This document shows positions 45,225 to 62,650 of a stretch of 64,000 bases of DNA, piece by piece. The DNA comes from Escherichia phage RB14, in sequence record NC_012638.1; one strand, 5' to 3'. Position numbers and translations under genes: made by a program. The notes below the pieces were generated by a model. It had not been told where the DNA came from. It searched no databases and worked only from the letters and a program-made list of their open reading frames with translations. Within the stretch, counting starts at the first letter, position 1. Each line of letters begins with the position of its first letter.

Positions 45225-47207
45225 ATGGCAAATACCCCTGTAAATTATCAATTAACAAGAACAGCAAATGCTATTCCCGAGATATTCGTCGGGGGTACAT
45301 TTGCTGAAATAAAACAAAACCTCATTGAATGGCTTAATGGCCAAAATGAATTTTTGGATTATGATTTTGAAGGCTCAAGATTAAACGTTCTATGTGACCT
45401 TTTGGCTTATAATACATTATACATTCAGCAGTTTGGTAATGCTGCCGTGTATGAAAGCTTTATGCGTACTGCTAACTTACGTAGTTCAGTAGTTCAAGCT
45501 GCACAAGATAATGGATATTTACCTACTTCAAAATCAGCTGCTCAAACTGAAATTATGCTAACTTGTACAGACGCATTGAATAGAAATTACATTACTATTC
45601 CTCGCGGTACTCGCTTTTTAGCATATGCAAAAGATACTTCTGTTAATCCTTATAACTTTGTCTCTACCGAAGATGTTATTGCTATTCGTGATAAAAATAA
45701 CCAATATTTTCCACGATTAAAATTGGCCCAAGGACGTATAGTAAGAACTGAAATCATTTATGATAAATTAACACCTATTATCATTTATGATAAAAATATT
45801 GATAGAAACCAGGTTAAATTATATGTTGATGGAGCGGAATGGATTAACTGGACGAGAAAGTCAATGGTTCATGCTGGTTCAACATCAACGATTTATTATA
45901 TGCGTGAAACTATTGATGGAAACACTGAATTCTATTTTGGTGAAGGTGAAATTTCTGTTAATGCTTCTGAAGGAGCTTTGACCGCTAATTATATCGGAGG
46001 TCTTAAACCTACCCAGAACTCTACGATTGTTATTGAGTACATCAGTACTAACGGTGCAGATGCGAATGGTGCAGTCGGATTTTCATACGCAGATACATTA
46101 ACAAATATAACTGTCATCAATATTAACGAAAATCCAAACGATGACCCAGATTTTGTTGGGGCAGATGGAGGCGGTGATCCAGAAGATATTGAGCGTATTC
46201 GCGAATTGGGTACTATTAAACGCGAAACCCAGCAACGCTGCGTAACTGCGACTGACTATGATACATTCGTTTCAGAGAGATTCGGTTCTATTATTCAGGC
46301 AGTTCAAACTTTCACTGATTCTACTAAACCTGGGTATGCATTTATTGCTGCTAAACCTAAATCAGGTCTGTATTTAACTACTGTACAACGTGAAGATATT
46401 AAAAATTATCTCAAAGACTATAATTTAGCTCCTATTACGCCATCAATTATTTCTCCTAATTATCTTTTTATTAAGACTAATTTAAAAGTCACATATGCTT
46501 TAAATAAACTGCAAGAATCCGAGCAGTGGCTTGAAGGTCAAATAATTGATAAAATTGATCGCTATTATACCGAAGATGTGGAAATTTTTAACTCGTCTTT
46601 CGCTAAATCTAAGATGTTAACTTATGTAGATGATGCAGATCATTCTGTCATTGGTTCATCAGCGACTATTCAAATGGTTCGTGAAGTACAAAACTTCTAT
46701 AAAACGCCTGAAGCGGGTATTAAATACAATAATCAAATAAAAGATCGTTCTATGGAATCTAATACGTTTTCATTTAATTCTGGACGAAAGGTTGTAAATC
46801 CTGATACTGGTTTAGAAGAAGATGTATTATATGATGTTCGTATAGTATCAACAGACCGAGATTCTAAAGGAATTGGTAAAGTTATTATTGGTCCATTTGC
46901 TTCTGGCGATGTTACAGAAAATGAAAACATTCAGCCATATACAGGCAATGATTTTAATAAATTAGCAAATTCTGATGGACGTGACAAATACTATGTTATC
47001 GGTGAAATAAACTATCCAGCCGATACAATTTATTGGAATATCGCTAAAATTAATTTAACATCTGAAAAATTTGAAGTTCAGACTATTGAATTATATTCTG
47101 ACCCAACCGATGATGTTATCTTTACTCGCGATGGTTCACTGATTGTATTTGAAAATGACTTACGTCCACAATACTTAACTATCGATTTGGAGCCTATATC
47201 ACAATGA
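45225..47207 (+). CDS. 6: Baseplate wedge protein gp6
   Basis: 660 aa as in T4. Confidence 0.9.
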   Translation: MANTPVNYQLTRTANAIPEIFVGGTFAEIKQNLIEWLNGQNEFLDYDFEGSRLNVLCDLLAYNTLYIQQFGNAAVYESFMRTANLRSSVVQAAQDNGYLPTSKSAAQTEIMLTCTDALNRNYITIPRGTRFLAYAKDTSVNPYNFVSTEDVIAIRDKNNQYFPRLKLAQGRIVRTEIIYDKLTPIIIYDKNIDRNQVKLYVDGAEWINWTRKSMVHAGSTSTIYYMRETIDGNTEFYFGEGEISVNASEGALTANYIGGLKPTQNSTIVIEYISTNGADANGAVGFSYADTLTNITVININENPNDDPDFVGADGGGDPEDIERIRELGTIKRETQQRCVTATDYDTFVSERFGSIIQAVQTFTDSTKPGYAFIAAKPKSGLYLTTVQREDIKNYLKDYNLAPITPSIISPNYLFIKTNLKVTYALNKLQESEQWLEGQIIDKIDRYYTEDVEIFNSSFAKSKMLTYVDDADHSVIGSSATIQMVREVQNFYKTPEAGIKYNNQIKDRSMESNTFSFNSGRKVVNPDTGLEEDVLYDVRIVSTDRDSKGIGKVIIGPFASGDVTENENIQPYTGNDFNKLANSDGRDKYYVIGEINYPADTIYWNIAKINLTSEKFEVQTIELYSDPTDDVIFTRDGSLIVFENDLRPQYLTIDLEPISQ

Positions 47208-50200
47208 CAGTAAAAGCACCTTCAGTCACTAGTCTCAGAATTTCCAAGTTATCCGCAAATCAGGTGCAAGTACGCTGGGATGACGTTGGTGCTAATTTCT
47301 ACTATTTTGTAGAAATCGCTGAGACAAAAACAGACTCGGGGGAAAATCTCCCGAGTAATCAATACCGATGGATTAATTTAGGATATACTGCAAATAACAG
47401 CTTCTTTTTTGATGATGCTGATCCACTAACATCATACATCATTAGAGTAGCTACGGCGGCGCAAGATTTTGAGCAGTCTGATTGGGTTTATACAGAAGAG
47501 TTTGAAACTTTTGCTACGAATGCTTACACATTTCAAAACATGATTGAAATGCAATTAGCCAATAAATTCATTCAGGAAAAATTTACTCTTAACAATTCTA
47601 ATTATGTCAATTTTAATAATGACACTATAATAGCTGCATTGATGAATGAATCGTTCCAATTCAGCCCATCATATGTTGATGTTTCATCAATAAGTAATTT
47701 TATTATTGGTGAAAATGAGTATCATGAAATACAAGGTTCTATTCAGCAAGTATGTAAGGATATTAACCGTGTTTATTTGATGGAATCAGAAGGGATTCTA
47801 TATCTTTTTGAGCGTTATCAACCCGTAGTTAAAGTATCTAATGATAAAGGACAAACCTGGAAAGCTGTGAAGCTCTTCAATGACCGTGTAGGATATCCTT
47901 TATCTAAGACAGTATATTACCAATCTGCGAGCACAACATACGTTCTAGGATACGACAAGATTTTCTATGGCCGCAAATCTACTGATGTTAGATGGTCAGC
48001 TGATGATGTCAGATTTAGTTCGCAAGATATAACATTCGCTAAACTTGGTGATCAACTTCATTTGGGATTTGATGTTGAAATCTTTGGTACTTATGCTACA
48101 TTACCTGCAAATGTGTATCGTATAGCTGAAGCTATTACTTGCACCGATGATTACATTTACGTTGTCGCCAGAGACAAAGTTAGATACATAAAAACGAGTA
48201 ATGCACCTATAGATTCTGATCCATTATCTCCAACATATTCGGAAAGACTTTTTGAACCTGATACAATGACTATAACCGGAAATCCTAAAGCAGTATGCTA
48301 TAAAATGGATTCTATCGGTGATAAAGTTTTTGCTCTTATTATTGGTGAAGTTGAAACATTAAATGCTAATCCTAGAACATCAAAAATAATTGATTCTGCT
48401 GATAAAGGAATATATGTTTTAAATCATGACATGAAAACATGGAAAAGAGTTTTTGGCAACACTGAAGAAGAAAGAAGACGTATTCAACCTGGATATGCGA
48501 ATATGTCAACTGATGGTAAATTAGTTTCTCTGTCTTCGAGTAATTTTAAATTTTTAAGTGATAACGTTGTTAATGACCCTGAAACTGCAGCGAAATATCA
48601 GTTAATCGGTGCTGTTAAATATGAATTTCCTCGTGAATGGCTAGCCGATAAGCATTATCATATGATGGCATTTATAGCAGATGAAAAATCTGATTGGGAA
48701 ACTTTTACGCCTCAACCGATGAAATATTATGCAGAACCATTCTTTAACTGGTCTAAAAAATCTAACACACGTTGTTGGATAAACAACTCTGACAGAGCTG
48801 TAGTAGTTTATGCTGATTTAAAATACACTAAAGTTATAGAAAATATTCCGGAAACATCGCCAGATAGATTAGTTCATGAATACTGGGATGATGGTGATTG
48901 TACGATAGTAATGCCAAATGTTAAATTCACAGGATTTAAAAAATATGCGTCTGGGATGCTTTTTTATAAATCTTCTGGTGAAATAATTTCTTACTATGAT
49001 TTTAACTATCGAGTGAGAGACACGGTTGAAATAATTTGGAAGCCAACTGGAATATTTTTAAAAGCATTTTTACAAAACCAAGAGCGTGAAACTCCTTGGT
49101 CACCAGAAGAAGAGCATGGATTAGCTGACCCTGATTTAAGACCATTGATTGGCACAATGATGCCTGATTCTTATTTACTACAAGATTCGAATTTTGAGGC
49201 ATTTTGCGAAGCATATATTCAGTATCTTTCTGATGGATATGGAACTCAGTATAACAATTTACGAAATTTAATTCGTAATCAGTATCCACGAGAAGAGCAT
49301 GCATGGGAATATTTGTGGTCAGAGATATATAAAAGAAACATTTATTTGAACGCGGATAAGCGAGATGCTGTAGCAAGATTTTTTGAATCACGTAGTTATG
49401 ATTTTTATTCTACTAAAGGAATTGAAGCATCATACAAATTTCTTTTTAAAGTTCTTTATAATGAAGAAGTTGAAATTGAAATTGAATCTGGAGCTGGTAC
49501 TGAATATGATATAATCGTTCAATCTGATTCTTTGACTGAAGATTTAGTAGGACAAACGATTTATACGGCAACAGGAAGATGTAATGTTACTTATATAGAA
49601 AGAAGCTATTCTAATGGTAAATTGCAATGGACCGTAACTATTCATAATCTTTTGGGACGATTAATTGCTGGTCAAGAAGTTAAAGCAGAAAGACTCCCTA
49701 GTTTTGAAGGCGAAATTATTCGTGGAGTTAAAGGAAAGGATTTGCTTCAAAACAATATAGACTATATTAATAGAAGTAGATCATACTATGTAATGAAAAT
49801 TAAATCCAATTTACCTTCTTCCCGCTGGAAATCTGACGTTATTCGTTTTGTTCATCCAGTAGGATTTGGATTTATAGCAATTACCCTTTTAACGATGTTT
49901 ATTAATGTTGGTTTAACTCTTAAACATACAGAGACTATAATTAATAAATACAAAAACTATAAATGGGATTCTGGATTGCCTACTGAATATGCTGATAGAG
50001 TAGCTAAATTAACTCCAACCGGTGAAATTGAGTATGATTCGGTAACAGGCGAAGCAATTTATGAGCCTGGCCCAATGGCTGGTGTAGAATATCCTCTTCC
50101 TGATGACTATAATGCTGAAAATAACAATTCAATATTTCAAGGTCAATTGCCATCTGAACGACGTAAATTAATGAGTCCTTTATTTGATGCATCTGGAACA

Positions 50201-50302
50201 ACATTTGCGCAATTTAGAGATTTAGTTAATAAACGTCTAAAAGACAATATAGGAAATCCAAGAGACCCTGAAAATCCAACACAGGTTAAAATAGATGAAT
50301 GA
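47204..50302 (+). CDS. 7: Baseplate wedge protein gp7
   Basis: 1032 aa as in T4; ATGA overlap with gp6. Confidence 0.9.
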   Translation: MTVKAPSVTSLRISKLSANQVQVRWDDVGANFYYFVEIAETKTDSGENLPSNQYRWINLGYTANNSFFFDDADPLTSYIIRVATAAQDFEQSDWVYTEEFETFATNAYTFQNMIEMQLANKFIQEKFTLNNSNYVNFNNDTIIAALMNESFQFSPSYVDVSSISNFIIGENEYHEIQGSIQQVCKDINRVYLMESEGILYLFERYQPVVKVSNDKGQTWKAVKLFNDRVGYPLSKTVYYQSASTTYVLGYDKIFYGRKSTDVRWSADDVRFSSQDITFAKLGDQLHLGFDVEIFGTYATLPANVYRIAEAITCTDDYIYVVARDKVRYIKTSNAPIDSDPLSPTYSERLFEPDTMTITGNPKAVCYKMDSIGDKVFALIIGEVETLNANPRTSKIIDSADKGIYVLNHDMKTWKRVFGNTEEERRRIQPGYANMSTDGKLVSLSSSNFKFLSDNVVNDPETAAKYQLIGAVKYEFPREWLADKHYHMMAFIADEKSDWETFTPQPMKYYAEPFFNWSKKSNTRCWINNSDRAVVVYADLKYTKVIENIPETSPDRLVHEYWDDGDCTIVMPNVKFTGFKKYASGMLFYKSSGEIISYYDFNYRVRDTVEIIWKPTGIFLKAFLQNQERETPWSPEEEHGLADPDLRPLIGTMMPDSYLLQDSNFEAFCEAYIQYLSDGYGTQYNNLRNLIRNQYPREEHAWEYLWSEIYKRNIYLNADKRDAVARFFESRSYDFYSTKGIEASYKFLFKVLYNEEVEIEIESGAGTEYDIIVQSDSLTEDLVGQTIYTATGRCNVTYIERSYSNGKLQWTVTIHNLLGRLIAGQEVKAERLPSFEGEIIRGVKGKDLLQNNIDYINRSRSYYVMKIKSNLPSSRWKSDVIRFVHPVGFGFIAITLLTMFINVGLTLKHTETIINKYKNYKWDSGLPTEYADRVAKLTPTGEIEYDSVTGEAIYEPGPMAGVEYPLPDDYNAENNNSIFQGQLPSERRKLMSPLFDASGTTFAQFRDLVNKRLKDNIGNPRDPENPTQVKIDE

Positions 50303-51299
50303 TTCAAGTGTTATCTATCGTGCGATAGTTACTTCAAAATTTAGAACAGAAAAAATGTTGAATTTTTATAATTCAATTGGAAGTGGTCCGGATAAAAACA
50401 CTATCTTTATCACATTTGGAAGATCAGAACCGTGGTCATCAAATGAAAATGAGGTGGGCTTTGCCCCACCTTATCCTACCGATTCTGTATTAGGTGTAAC
50501 TGACATGTGGACTCATATGATGGGAACAGTAAAAGTTCTTCCATCTATGCTTGATGCAGTTATTCCTCGTCGAGATTGGGGAGATACTAGATATCCGGAT
50601 CCATACACATTTAGAATTAACGATATTGTAGTGTGCAACTCAGCTCCTTACAACGCTACTGAATCAGGCGCGGGATGGTTAGTGTATCGCTGTTTAGATG
50701 TTCCTGATACTGGAATGTGCTCAATTGAGTCTTTAACTAATAAGGATGAATGCCTTAAGTTAGGTGGAAAATGGACTCCTTCTGTTAGGTCAATGACTCC
50801 TCCTGAAGGTCGAGGAGACGCGGAAGGAACAATAGAACCCGGCGACGGATATGTTTGGGAATATCTTTTTGAGATTCCGCCTGATGTATCTATAAACAGA
50901 TGCACAAATGAATATATCGTCGTTCCTTGGCCCGAGGAATTAAAAGAAGACCCGACTAGATGGGGGTATGAAGATAACCTCACTTGGCAGCAAGATGATT
51001 TTGGATTAATTTACCGGGTTAAGGCAAATACTATTCGTTTTAAAGCATACTTAGATTCAGTTTATTTTCCTGAAGCTGCATTGCCAGGAAATAAAGGATT
51101 TAGACAAATATCGATAATCACAAATCCTCTTGAAGCTAAAGTTCATCCAAATGACCCAAACGTTAAAGCTGAAAAGGATTACTATGATCCGGAAGATTTA
51201 ATGAGGCATTCGGGCGAAATGATTTATATGGAAAATAGGCCACCTATTATTATGGCAATGGATCAAACAGAAGAAATCAATATTCTGTTTACATTTTAA
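50295..51299 (+). CDS. 8: Baseplate wedge protein gp8
   Basis: 334 aa as in T4. Confidence 0.9.
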   Translation: MNDSSVIYRAIVTSKFRTEKMLNFYNSIGSGPDKNTIFITFGRSEPWSSNENEVGFAPPYPTDSVLGVTDMWTHMMGTVKVLPSMLDAVIPRRDWGDTRYPDPYTFRINDIVVCNSAPYNATESGAGWLVYRCLDVPDTGMCSIESLTNKDECLKLGGKWTPSVRSMTPPEGRGDAEGTIEPGDGYVWEYLFEIPPDVSINRCTNEYIVVPWPEELKEDPTRWGYEDNLTWQQDDFGLIYRVKANTIRFKAYLDSVYFPEAALPGNKGFRQISIITNPLEAKVHPNDPNVKAEKDYYDPEDLMRHSGEMIYMENRPPIIMAMDQTEEINILFTF

Positions 51300-51304
51300 A
51301 TTAA

Positions 51305-51330
51305 GGGAGCCCATGGGCTCCCTTTTTCTT
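51305..51330 (+). terminator. Rho-independent terminator after gene 8
   Basis: GGGAGCCC-AUG-GGCUCCC then UUUUUCUUU. Confidence 0.7.
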
Positions 51331-51338
51331 TATAAATA
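51331..51338 (+). promoter_or_regulatory. Late promoter TATAAATA for gene 9
   Basis: Exact motif directly after the gp8 terminator. Confidence 0.6.
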
Positions 51339-51362
51339 CTATAAACTCATAAGGAAACCGCT

Positions 51363-52229
51363 ATGTTCATTCAAGAACCAAAGAAATTGATTGATACCGG
51401 CGAAATTGGTAACGCTTCTACTGGTGATATCTTATTCGACGGTGGTAATAAAATTAATAGTGATTTTAATGCAATTTATAACGCGTTTGGCGATCAGCGT
51501 AAAATGGCAGTAGCAAATGGTACTGGTGCTGACGGCCAAATTATCCATGCTACTGGATATTATCAAAAGCATTCTATCACAGAGTACGCAACTCCAGTGA
51601 AAGTTGGCACTAGACATGATATTGATACCTCTACTGTAGGTGTTAAAGTTATCATTGAAAGAGGCGAACTTGGCGACTGTGTTGAATTTATTAACTCTAA
51701 TGGATCAATATCAGTTACTAATCCTTTAACTATTCAAGCTATTGATTCAATTAAAGGCGTTTCAGGTAATTTAGTAGTAACTAGTCCATATAGTAAAGTT
51801 ACTTTACGTTGTATTTCATCTGATAATTCTACGTCGGTTTGGAATTATTCTATTGAAAGTATGTTTGGCCAAAAGGAATCACCGGCCGAAGGTACATGGA
51901 ATATTTCTACGTCTGGATCAGTTGACATTCCGCTATTTCATCGTACTGAATATAACATGGCTAAATTGTTAGTTACATGCCAATCAGTAGATGGAAGAAA
52001 AATTAAAACAGCAGAAATAAATATTCTTGTAGATACTGTTAATTCAGAGGTCATTTCTTCTGAATATGCTGTCATGCGGGTTGGGAATGAAACCGAAGAA
52101 GACGAAATCGCTAATATTGCATTTAGTATTAAAACAAATTATGTAACGGCGACTATAAGTTCTTCAACTGTCGGTATGAGAGCAGCAGTTAAAGTTATCG
52201 CTACGCAGAAAATCGGGGTGGCTCAATAA
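51363..52229 (+). CDS. 9: Baseplate/long-tail-fibre socket protein gp9
   Basis: 288 aa as in T4; TATAAATA upstream. Confidence 0.9.
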   Translation: MFIQEPKKLIDTGEIGNASTGDILFDGGNKINSDFNAIYNAFGDQRKMAVANGTGADGQIIHATGYYQKHSITEYATPVKVGTRHDIDTSTVGVKVIIERGELGDCVEFINSNGSISVTNPLTIQAIDSIKGVSGNLVVTSPYSKVTLRCISSDNSTSVWNYSIESMFGQKESPAEGTWNISTSGSVDIPLFHRTEYNMAKLLVTCQSVDGRKIKTAEINILVDTVNSEVISSEYAVMRVGNETEEDEIANIAFSIKTNYVTATISSSTVGMRAAVKVIATQKIGVAQ

Positions 52230-54034
52230 TGAAACAAAATATTAATATCGGTAATGTTGTTGATGATGGTACCGGTGACTACCTGCGTAAAGGTGGTATA
52301 AAAATAAATGAAAACTTTGATGAGCTTTATTACGAGCTTGGTGATGGAGATGTTCCATATTCAGCCGGTGCCTGGAAAACTTATAATGCTTCATCTGGTC
52401 AAACATTAAAAGCTAAGTGGGGAAAATCATACGCTATTAATACCTCTTCTGGAAGAGTAACTTTACAACTTCCTAAAGGAACTGTTAATGATTATAATAA
52501 AGTAATTAGAGCTAGGGATGTATTTGCAACATGGAACATTAATCCAGTTACTTTAGTAGCTGCTTCTGGAGATACAATTAAAGGGTCGTCATCATCGGTT
52601 GAAATTAATACTCAATTTAGTGATTTAGAGCTCGTTTATTGCGCTCCAGGACGTTGGGAGTATGTCAAAAACAAGCAAATTGATAAAATTATTAGTTCAG
52701 ATATTAGTAATGTAGCTCGCAAAGAATTTTTAGTCGAAGTTCAAGGACAAACAGACTTTTTAGATGTTTTTCATGGAACTAGTTATAATGTCAATAACAT
52801 CAGAGTAAAACATCGTGGTAACGAATTATATTACGGCGATGTATTTAGTGAAAACAGTGACTTTGGCTCTCCAGGGGAAAATGAAGGAGAACTAATTCCT
52901 CTCGATGGATTTAATATTAGGCTAAGACAGCCATGTAATATTGGTGACACTGTTCAAATTGAAACATTTATGGATGGTGTATCACAATGGAGAAGTTCAT
53001 ATACAAGACGCCAAATAAAAGTACTAGATTCAAAACTAACATCAAAGACTTCATTAGAAGGAAGTATTTACGTTACTGATTTATCGACGATGAAATCAAT
53101 TCCATTTTCCGCTTTTGGATTAATTCCTGGTGAACCTATTAATCCTAACTCTCTTGAGGTTCGTTTTAATGGAATTTTACAGCAACAAGCTGGAACAGCT
53201 GGATATCCTCTGTTTTTGTGTGAAGGCGCTAGTTCAGATACGCAAGAAGGATGTATATCTCTTGGTGGTGAATGGAAAGAATCAAACACAGATTATTCTA
53301 TAGAATATGAAGATGGAAAACCTACCAGTCTTTTATTTGATAGAAAATTTGAATCAGGCGATATAATCGTTATAACGTGGTTCAATAATGATTTAGGAAC
53401 TCTTTTAGAAAAAGATGACATTATTGAATTAACGGATGACCGTTATGTTAGCAAAGGATCATCTACCGAAGTTACTGGTGATGTAGCCTTAACGGATTTT
53501 GATAAAATCGGTTGGCCAAATGTTGAAAAAGTTGATTCTTATACTAGAACGTATAATTCAATATCATCTATTTTCGATAGCATTTATCCTGTAGGTTCAA
53601 TTTATGAAAATGCTATAAATCCAAATAATCCGGCGACTTATATGGGATTTGGTTCATGGAAATTATTTGGTAAAGGACAGGTTTTAGTAGGATGGAATGA
53701 TGATGTTACGGATCCAAACTTTGCTTTAAACAATAATGATTTAGATTCTAGCGGAAATCCTTCACATACTGCCGGTGGAACAGTTGGAACAACAACAGTG
53801 ACACTTGAGAATGCAAATCTTCCTGCGACTAAAACTGATGAAAGGGTTTTAATTGAAGATGAAAATGGATCAGTTATTATTGGAGGTTGTCAATATGACC
53901 CAGACGAAACTGGTCCTATATATACAAAATATCGTGAAGACTACGCAACAACAAACTCTTCACATACTCCTCCTGCTAATATTAGTAATATTCAACCGTC
54001 TATTACTGTATACCGTTGGATAAGGATTGCATAA
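52229..54034 (+). CDS. 10: Baseplate wedge protein gp10
   Basis: 601 aa (T4 602). Confidence 0.9.
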   Translation: MKQNINIGNVVDDGTGDYLRKGGIKINENFDELYYELGDGDVPYSAGAWKTYNASSGQTLKAKWGKSYAINTSSGRVTLQLPKGTVNDYNKVIRARDVFATWNINPVTLVAASGDTIKGSSSSVEINTQFSDLELVYCAPGRWEYVKNKQIDKIISSDISNVARKEFLVEVQGQTDFLDVFHGTSYNVNNIRVKHRGNELYYGDVFSENSDFGSPGENEGELIPLDGFNIRLRQPCNIGDTVQIETFMDGVSQWRSSYTRRQIKVLDSKLTSKTSLEGSIYVTDLSTMKSIPFSAFGLIPGEPINPNSLEVRFNGILQQQAGTAGYPLFLCEGASSDTQEGCISLGGEWKESNTDYSIEYEDGKPTSLLFDRKFESGDIIVITWFNNDLGTLLEKDDIIELTDDRYVSKGSSTEVTGDVALTDFDKIGWPNVEKVDSYTRTYNSISSIFDSIYPVGSIYENAINPNNPATYMGFGSWKLFGKGQVLVGWNDDVTDPNFALNNNDLDSSGNPSHTAGGTVGTTTVTLENANLPATKTDERVLIEDENGSVIIGGCQYDPDETGPIYTKYREDYATTNSSHTPPANISNIQPSITVYRWIRIA

Positions 54035-54693
54035 TGAGTTTACTTAATAATAAAGCGGGAGTTATTTCCCGCTTAGCAGATTTTCTTGGTTTTAGAACTA
54101 AGAAAAATGATATTTCGGTTATGAATAATCAGCCAGTAGGCGCTGTAACAATTTCACAAATAGCAAAAGGTTTTTATGACCCAAATGTAGAATCTGCTAT
54201 CAATGATGTTAGAAATATGGCAGAGCAACAGGTTGGAGCTGTATTAGTTAATATAAGCGGCGTATCTCCTACTGGCGTGCAACAAACCGACTATTGGTCA
54301 TTTGAAGGAACTGTTACTGATACTTCAGCCAAACCAGGTGACCCAGTTATTGTTAACATGTTTGGTATTCCAGTTAAAGCTACTAATGGAATGACTTCAA
54401 TTGAATTTACTAGTGCTGTTAGAACAGCTCTACAGGAAATGGTTGTAAAATTTATTGCAATTGATTCATTTGAAGACCATCCTACTATAGGAAATAAAAT
54501 ACAAGTTAAGTATTTAGATAACCAAGAACATATCTTAGAACAATACTCTGATAAAGGAATTACTTTCAAACAGGAAATAATTTCTCCTTCTAAACCTGGG
54601 TACGGAACTTGGCAATTATTAGGTGCGCAAACTGTCACGCTAGATAGTCACACACAACCTACAGTATTTTATTATTTTGAGAGAATAGCATGA
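54034..54693 (+). CDS. 11: Baseplate wedge/short-fibre connector gp11
   Basis: 219 aa from ATG at 54034 (MSLLNNK...), overlapping gp10 stop. Confidence 0.9.
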   Translation: MSLLNNKAGVISRLADFLGFRTKKNDISVMNNQPVGAVTISQIAKGFYDPNVESAINDVRNMAEQQVGAVLVNISGVSPTGVQQTDYWSFEGTVTDTSAKPGDPVIVNMFGIPVKATNGMTSIEFTSAVRTALQEMVVKFIAIDSFEDHPTIGNKIQVKYLDNQEHILEQYSDKGITFKQEIISPSKPGYGTWQLLGAQTVTLDSHTQPTVFYYFERIA

Positions 54694-56240
54694 GTAACAA
54701 TACATATCAGCACGTATCAAATGAATCAAAATATGTTAAATTCGATCCTACTGGATCGAATTTTCCTGACACTGTTACGACAGTGCAGTCTGCATTATCA
54801 AAAATAAGTAATATCGGCGTAAATGGTATTCCTGATGCAACTATGGAAGTTAAAGGAATAGCAATGATTGCATCAGAGCAAGAGGTTTTAGATGGAACAA
54901 ATAATTCTAAAATCGTTACACCAGCTACATTAGCAACAAGATTATTGTATCCAAATGCTACTGAAACTAAATATGGTTTAACGCGCTATTCAACAAATGA
55001 AGAAACATTAGAAGGCTCAGATAATAATTCATCAATAACGCCGCAAAAACTGAAATACCACACTGACGATGTGTTCCAAAATAGATATTCGTCTGAGTCA
55101 TCAAACGGGGTTATTAAAATATCATCTACACCTGCAGCTTTAGCTGGAGTTGATGATACTACGGCAATGACTCCATTAAAAACACAAAAACTTGCAATAA
55201 AATTAATTTCACAAATAGCTCCTTCCGAAGATACTGCATCAGAATCTGTGAGAGGTGTAGTTCAATTATCTACTGTTGCGCAAACTCGTCAAGGAACTCT
55301 CCGCGAAGGATATGCAATTTCTCCGTATACCTTTATGAATTCTGTTGCAACACAAGAATATAAGGGTGTTATACGTTTAGGAACACAATCGGAAATTAAC
55401 AGTAATTTGGGAGATGTTGCAGTAACAGGTGAAACACTAAATGGTCGAGGAGCTACTGGTTCTATGCGCGGAGTAGTTAAATTAACGACGCAAGCCGGTA
55501 TTGCCCCTGAAGGTGATAGTTCTGGAGCATTAGCATGGAACGCAGATGTAATTAATACTCGTGGTGGACAAACTATTAATGGTTCTTTAAATTTAGACCA
55601 TCTTACAGCAAACGGAATTTGGTCGCGCGGCGGAATGTGGAAAAATGGCGATCAACCTGTTGCCACTGAAAGATATGCGTCCGAAAGAATTCCAGTTGGG
55701 ACTATTATGATGTTTGCAGGTGATTCAGCACCTCCAGGTTGGATTATGTGTCATGGTGGAACCGTGTCAGGTGACCAATTTCCTGATTATAGAAACGTAG
55801 TTGGAACAAGATTTGGTGGGGATTGGAATAATCCAGGGATTCCTGATATGCGAGGTCTTTTCGTCAGAGGAGCCGGCACAGGCGGTCATATTTTAAATCA
55901 ACGTGGACAAGATGGCTATGGAAAGGATAGACTGGGCGTAGGATGTGACGGAATGCATGTTGGTGGTGTTCAGGCACAACAAATGTCATACCATAAACAT
56001 GCTGGTGGTTGGGGTGAATATAACAGAAGTGAAGGCCCATTTGGCGCGTCAGTTTATCAAGGATATCTTGGAACTAGAAAATATTCCGACTGGGATAATG
56101 CTTCATACTTCACTAATGATGGATTTGAATTAGGTGGACCGAGAGATGCTCATGGTACACTTAATCGTGAAGGATTAATTGGTTATGAAACTAGACCATG
56201 GAATATATCATTAAACTATATTATTAAAGTTCATTACTAA
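54690..56240 (+). CDS. 12: Short tail fibre gp12
   Basis: 516 aa (T4 527 as remembered); N-terminus [13 protein letters not shown]. Confidence 0.9.
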   Translation: MSNNTYQHVSNESKYVKFDPTGSNFPDTVTTVQSALSKISNIGVNGIPDATMEVKGIAMIASEQEVLDGTNNSKIVTPATLATRLLYPNATETKYGLTRYSTNEETLEGSDNNSSITPQKLKYHTDDVFQNRYSSESSNGVIKISSTPAALAGVDDTTAMTPLKTQKLAIKLISQIAPSEDTASESVRGVVQLSTVAQTRQGTLREGYAISPYTFMNSVATQEYKGVIRLGTQSEINSNLGDVAVTGETLNGRGATGSMRGVVKLTTQAGIAPEGDSSGALAWNADVINTRGGQTINGSLNLDHLTANGIWSRGGMWKNGDQPVATERYASERIPVGTIMMFAGDSAPPGWIMCHGGTVSGDQFPDYRNVVGTRFGGDWNNPGIPDMRGLFVRGAGTGGHILNQRGQDGYGKDRLGVGCDGMHVGGVQAQQMSYHKHAGGWGEYNRSEGPFGASVYQGYLGTRKYSDWDNASYFTNDGFELGGPRDAHGTLNREGLIGYETRPWNISLNYIIKVHY

Positions 56241-56249
56241 GGATTACAA

Positions 56250-57707
56250 ATGATTGAATTAAAAGAGTTACCTTTTGTTGATAGCGTTCCTGACGAAGGT
56301 CAGGAACGTATTTCATGGATTAAAAATGGTGAAGAAATATTAGGAGCTAGTACTAAGTATGGAAATGATGGATCAATGAATAGACCAATTGTTTCCGTGT
56401 TTAAAAACGTCGAAGTTCTTGATGAAAATGTGGGAATTCTTAAAACTGCCATTGAAACATCACAGAAAGATATTAAAACAATTCAAGGAGTTTTAGATGT
56501 ATCAGGAGATATAGAAGCACTATCGCAGATCAGTGTTAATAAAAATGACATATCAAATTTAAAGACACTTACCAGTGAACACACTGATATATTAACTGGA
56601 ACTAATAATACAGTTGACAAAATTATTGCTGATATAGGTCCATTTAATGATGAAGAAAACTCTGTTTATAGAACAATTAGAAATGATTTATTGTGGATTA
56701 AACAAGAACTAGGGCAATATTCTGGCCAAGACATTAACGGTCTTCCTGTTGTTGGTAATGCTAGCACAGGAATGAAACACAGAATAATAACAAATAGTAC
56801 ATTATTATCTTCACAGGGCATTCGTTTAAGCGAATTAGAAAATAAATTTACTGAATCTGACGTAGGATCATTAACTGTTGAAGTTGGTAAATTACGTGAT
56901 GAACTTGGTAATAAACCGGTAGATTTTGGACCAAATATTTATAATAGATTAAACACTATAGATGATAAACAAACTTTAATAAATTCTGATATAGCAGAAA
57001 TTAAATCTTCTATTGGATACCCAGAAAATGTTTCTATAATAACAGAAATTAATAATAACAAAAGTAGCATTGAAGCTATTAATAATGAATTAAATCAGAG
57101 TGAAGGTGTTAAACAACGCTTAACGGCTATTGAAACTTCTATAGGTTCAGATGATATTCCTTCTAGCATTAAAGGAAAAATTAAAAATCACACAACTTCT
57201 ATTGAGTCTTTAAACGGAATTGTTGGTGAAAACACTTCGTCTGGTTTAAGAGCGAATGTTTCGTGGTTAAATCAAATTGTTGGAACTGACTCCAGCGGAG
57301 GACAACCGTCTCCTTCTGGATCTCTATTAAATAAAGTTTCAGTGCTTGAAGGAGAAGTTTCAGTTTTAAACAATAATGTTCAAAATATACAAGTTGAAAT
57401 AGGAAATAATAGAACAGGAATTAAAGGTCAAGTTATTGAACTTACTTCACTTATAAATGGAAATAATCCTGACGGATCAACTGTTGAAGAACGAGGATTA
57501 ACTAATTCTGTAAAAACGAATGAAACCAACATTGCGGCAGTCACACATGAAGTAAATACAGCTAAAGACAATATATCCTCTTTACAGAGCAGCGTTCAAG
57601 CTCTACAAGAAGCAGGTTATATTCCTGAAGCTCCAAAAGATGGCCAAGCTTACGTTCGTAAAGACGGCGAATGGGTACTACTTTCTACCTTTTTATCACC
57701 AGCATAA
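56250..57707 (+). CDS. wac: Fibritin (whisker)
   Basis: 485 aa; coiled-coil body; C-terminal foldon [27 protein letters not shown]. Confidence 0.92.
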   Translation: MIELKELPFVDSVPDEGQERISWIKNGEEILGASTKYGNDGSMNRPIVSVFKNVEVLDENVGILKTAIETSQKDIKTIQGVLDVSGDIEALSQISVNKNDISNLKTLTSEHTDILTGTNNTVDKIIADIGPFNDEENSVYRTIRNDLLWIKQELGQYSGQDINGLPVVGNASTGMKHRIITNSTLLSSQGIRLSELENKFTESDVGSLTVEVGKLRDELGNKPVDFGPNIYNRLNTIDDKQTLINSDIAEIKSSIGYPENVSIITEINNNKSSIEAINNELNQSEGVKQRLTAIETSIGSDDIPSSIKGKIKNHTTSIESLNGIVGENTSSGLRANVSWLNQIVGTDSSGGQPSPSGSLLNKVSVLEGEVSVLNNNVQNIQVEIGNNRTGIKGQVIELTSLINGNNPDGSTVEERGLTNSVKTNETNIAAVTHEVNTAKDNISSLQSSVQALQEAGYIPEAPKDGQAYVRKDGEWVLLSTFLSPA

Positions 57708-57710
57708 CAT

Positions 57711-57726
57711 GGGGCCGCAAGGCCCC
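57711..57726 (+). terminator. Hairpin GGGGCC-GCAA-GGCCCC after wac
   Basis: GNRA-loop stem between wac and gene 13; U-tract weak. Confidence 0.4.
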
Positions 57727-57738
57727 AAAGGATTTTAA

Positions 57739-59440
<1,702 letters not shown>

Positions 59441-59481
59441 TAAATATTATAAACTAATTAAAGCCCAGATTAGGAGAAGTC

Positions 59482-62622
<3,141 letters not shown>

Positions 62623-62650
62623 TATTAAAGCATATTAAAGAGGATTAAAA

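Noticed and set aside
43274-50204. Minus-strand ORFs inside gp5, gp6 and gp7 (for example 43274..43474, 46733..46930, 49002..49391)
   Set aside because: Antisense to long, length-matched structural genes; no start signals
53068-54638. Minus-strand ORFs inside gp10 and gp11 (53068..53289, 54291..54638)
   Set aside because: Antisense to confident late genes
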